This document shows positions 49,583 through 51,629 of a stretch of DNA of 51,629 nt, piece after piece. Numbering within the stretch: position 1 is the first letter of the stretch; every line of letters begins with the position of its first letter. The notes below the pieces were generated by a model. That model was not told the DNA's origin. It worked only from the letters and a program-made list of their open reading frames with translations, and ran no database searches. Source of the stretch: Calditrichota bacterium (GTDB taxonomy: Bacteria; Electryoneota; B3-LCP); assembly GCA_020051775.1 (NCBI GenBank), contig JAGVQJ010000140.1:1-51629 (forward strand), given 5' to 3'. The position numbers and the translations under genes were made by a program.

Positions 49583-51629
49583 ATGAGTACCAGAAATTAT
49601 TGGATTCCGCTGTGCTTGATCTTGATTGCCGTTACAACCTCAAATGGCAGCGAACGCCATCAAGTCTTGATGCCCAGAACCGAAGCGGTGCCGATGCCGG
49701 GAGAGGCGCCAAGTTATGCAGTAGATGAAACTGACAGCGTTATTCTCTTTGAGAATTTCGAAACAGGAGCGCCGGGGTGGACTTTTGTAGATCTTACCGA
49801 CCTGCCAATTTATTGGCATGTTGACGATTATAATCACTATGAAAGCGGCGGTAGCCTTCTATCCTGGTGGTCGGGTGATACTGCGATCATGGGCTACGAC
49901 AACCACACTCTTCAGTATCTTGAGAGTCCTACCCTGAATTTAACCGGTGCGGTCAATCCTACGCTAACCTTCAATCTCTTCCATTCCGTCGAAACGACAC
50001 CTGGTGCAACACCGCCTTACGACGGATGGGACGCTTGCAATGTATGGGTTTCCACCAACAACGGATCAACCTGGGCGGTACTACCCAGTCCAACTCCTGC
50101 TTATAACATGACCAGCTCCTATGCCTTCGGTTATGAATTCGGCATGGGACCCGGTATTGCAGGATGGGGAGGATATTCGGGCGGCGTATCACCCGGAGCC
50201 TGGGTTAACGCTTCTTTCTCACTAAACAGCTATATCTCCAGCCAGGTGAAAATCCGCTTTGCCATGTGTTCCGATCCGGCCTACAGCACACTTCAGGACT
50301 CAACCCTGCGTGGGATGTTCGTAGACAACATCCTGGTTCAAGCCGGCACCACGGCCTATCTGCGGAACAATGCTGAAGGGATCGCTATCCCCAGCGAAAT
50401 GGTCCCTACTTTGCCTTTGCCGCCGGTGGGCAGCTTTTGGCACGTGGAAACCCTTACCTCGCCATTCCCCACACCGCCATCGCCCACGCACGGAGCTCGC
50501 ATGTCCAACGGTTTGGGCATATCGTCGCAGTATCCGCCCATGACCTATTGTGCTTTAGTCTCACCGATGATTGATTTGACCGGCATCGGATTCGGCATGG
50601 GTCAAGTTTATGCTGACTTTTTTCACACCGGGCAGATCAACTTGAACGACCCGGATCCCTTCCCGGATCTGGATATCTGGACCATAGAAGTCAAACCTGA
50701 CACCGGCGTAACCTGGTACAACTGGAACGATCCGTTCAATCAAGGTGCTCAGCACTTCGTGTTTTCCAGTTTACCAACCACCTGGGATTCATTGGGTCTC
50801 TGGCAGGGTTTGCAGGAGGGTGTGCCTCTTACAGCCTATATTGGCATGCGAATTCAGGTGCGTGTCATTTTCCAAGCTGACATTGATCAATTTGCCGGTT
50901 ATGGCATGTTGTTGGATAACTTCAGCGTGGATTTCATCGGGGGTTTGTCCCATGATGTTGCCGCCCGCAAGTTGAAAGTACCCATGCCCACTTCCACCTA
51001 CTTCGATACCATCTATGCTTCGGTGGAACTCCACAACCTGGGTCAGAATCTGGAATCATCGGTTCCGGCGTTCTGGCGGATCAATAGCGGTGTAGCCAAC
51101 CCCATGATCCCCTGGGCCTCGATCCCGCCGGATGGAATGGTCATGAAGGCTATCAACTGGGTCGTACCGGAGACGCCAGGATCGTTCTTCTTCGATGCCT
51201 ACACAAGGTTGGGTTCCGACCTGGATCTTTCCAACGACACCGCCAAAGCCGGATCCGTAGAACTTACGCCGGATTCCCTCTTTGAGTTCGGCTACGATAA
51301 CCGTCAGTATGGCTACGAAAGCACCTACTACTTCAATTTTGAACCAGGTGAAGGCGCTTACATTCGTTACACTCCGACGGCGGATCGGGTAAACTTTAAC
51401 GTATATGGGCATTACTTGCGAGCCAGGTTTATGGATACCGGATCCATCAGAATCCACCTTTACCAGGCTGGAGCCGATCCCACTCAACCAGGCTCGCCGA
51501 TCACGCAATGGGATGCCATGGTTACTCAAGTTTCTCCCAGTTGGCAGCAGTTCGATATTTGGAATGTGCCCGAACTGCAAGGGACCCACGCAGATTTCTG
51601 GGTATTCTATGAAATGATTGACACTTCCA
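49583..51629 (+). CDS. paralogous large secreted protein (5' part; open to window end)
   Basis: AAGGAGGA RBS then ATG 49583. Signal peptide. YDGWDACNVW and FEFGYDNRQ blocks parallel 47111..49504. No stop before 51629. Confidence 0.7.
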   Translation, partial: MSTRNYWIPLCLILIAVTTSNGSERHQVLMPRTEAVPMPGEAPSYAVDETDSVILFENFETGAPGWTFVDLTDLPIYWHVDDYNHYESGGSLLSWWSGDTAIMGYDNHTLQYLESPTLNLTGAVNPTLTFNLFHSVETTPGATPPYDGWDACNVWVSTNNGSTWAVLPSPTPAYNMTSSYAFGYEFGMGPGIAGWGGYSGGVSPGAWVNASFSLNSYISSQVKIRFAMCSDPAYSTLQDSTLRGMFVDNILVQAGTTAYLRNNAEGIAIPSEMVPTLPLPPVGSFWHVETLTSPFPTPPSPTHGARMSNGLGISSQYPPMTYCALVSPMIDLTGIGFGMGQVYADFFHTGQINLNDPDPFPDLDIWTIEVKPDTGVTWYNWNDPFNQGAQHFVFSSLPTTWDSLGLWQGLQEGVPLTAYIGMRIQVRVIFQADIDQFAGYGMLLDNFSVDFIGGLSHDVAARKLKVPMPTSTYFDTIYASVELHNLGQNLESSVPAFWRINSGVANPMIPWASIPPDGMVMKAINWVVPETPGSFFFDAYTRLGSDLDLSNDTAKAGSVELTPDSLFEFGYDNRQYGYESTYYFNFEPGEGAYIRYTPTADRVNFNVYGHYLRARFMDTGSIRIHLYQAGADPTQPGSPITQWDAMVTQVSPSWQQFDIWNVPELQGTHADFWVFYEMIDTS

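Noticed and set aside
51056-51589. 177-aa minus-strand ORF near window end
   Set aside because: Antisense to the open plus-strand paralog of the T9SS protein, which has no stop from 49583 to the window end.
1-51629. CRISPR arrays, tRNA or rRNA genes
   Set aside because: No regularly spaced direct repeats were seen. No intergenic region contains a cloverleaf-compatible sequence with GTTC-type T-arm. Intergenic gaps are short and occupied by terminators or promoters.

Overview
This is a 51.6-kb chromosomal fragment of roughly 50-55% GC. It looks like it comes from an uncultivated bacterium in the T9SS-bearing FCB-like radiation. At least four complete proteins end in a Por/T9SS C-terminal sorting domain (..PNPFNP.., ending K-M-V/M-L-L-K). 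Shine-Dalgarno sites (AGGAGG) are common and several adjacent genes overlap by ATGA/GTGA. I could support no rRNA, tRNA, CRISPR array, transposase or integrase.

Gene content in order:
- 1..278: C-terminal end of an unknown protein.
- 360..3352: V4R-like domain protein, thioredoxin, CoA-binding protein, and a GT-C (family 39/83-like) glycosyltransferase.
- 3401..3508: an unlisted 35-aa zinc-ribbon ORF.
- 3575..14000: T9SS-sorted S8 subtilase, a ~1000-aa Ig-like T9SS protein, and a 1347-aa beta-helix protein with seven tandem ~105-aa Fn3-like repeats.
- 14017..17827: a membrane-anchored sulfatase-like enzyme, then a secreted MBL-fold protein translationally coupled to an HDAC-family deacetylase.
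- 17911..24927: a T9SS beta-propeller-like protein, then two POT-family peptide transporters flanking a pentapeptide-repeat membrane protein with strongly AT-rich core coding sequence.
- 25168..28867: NfeD protease, zinc-ribbon protein, small membrane protein, stomatin, and an rRNA pseudouridine synthase.
- 29067..35014: a tightly coupled five-gene operon of three multiheme c-type cytochromes (11, 9 and about 18 heme motifs) interleaved with two FdnI/HydC-like b-type cytochrome subunits.
- 35378..37243: PtsN(EIIA-Ntr) followed by a TatD-radical SAM fusion.
- 37446..40567: ArsR, DsrE-like and SQR-like sulfide-detoxification genes with a clear TTGACA-N17-TATATT promoter, then a secreted CxxCH protein and a TlpA-like thiol-disulfide oxidoreductase.
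- 40639..45661: GDP-fucose synthase, an SDR epimerase and two more GT-C glycosyltransferase paralogs.
- 45863..46690: an isolated pair of BMC-H shell genes, the second fused to a Rho_N/SAP-like tail, with no other microcompartment genes in the window.
- 46711..51629: a small membrane protein and two paralogous large secreted proteins, the last running off the window end.

The most interesting candidates for undescribed biology are the duplicated cytochrome b plus multiheme c respiratory modules, the orphan BMC-H pair, the mosaic AT-rich pentapeptide-repeat protein with its palindrome-rich leader, and the TatD-radical SAM fusion.
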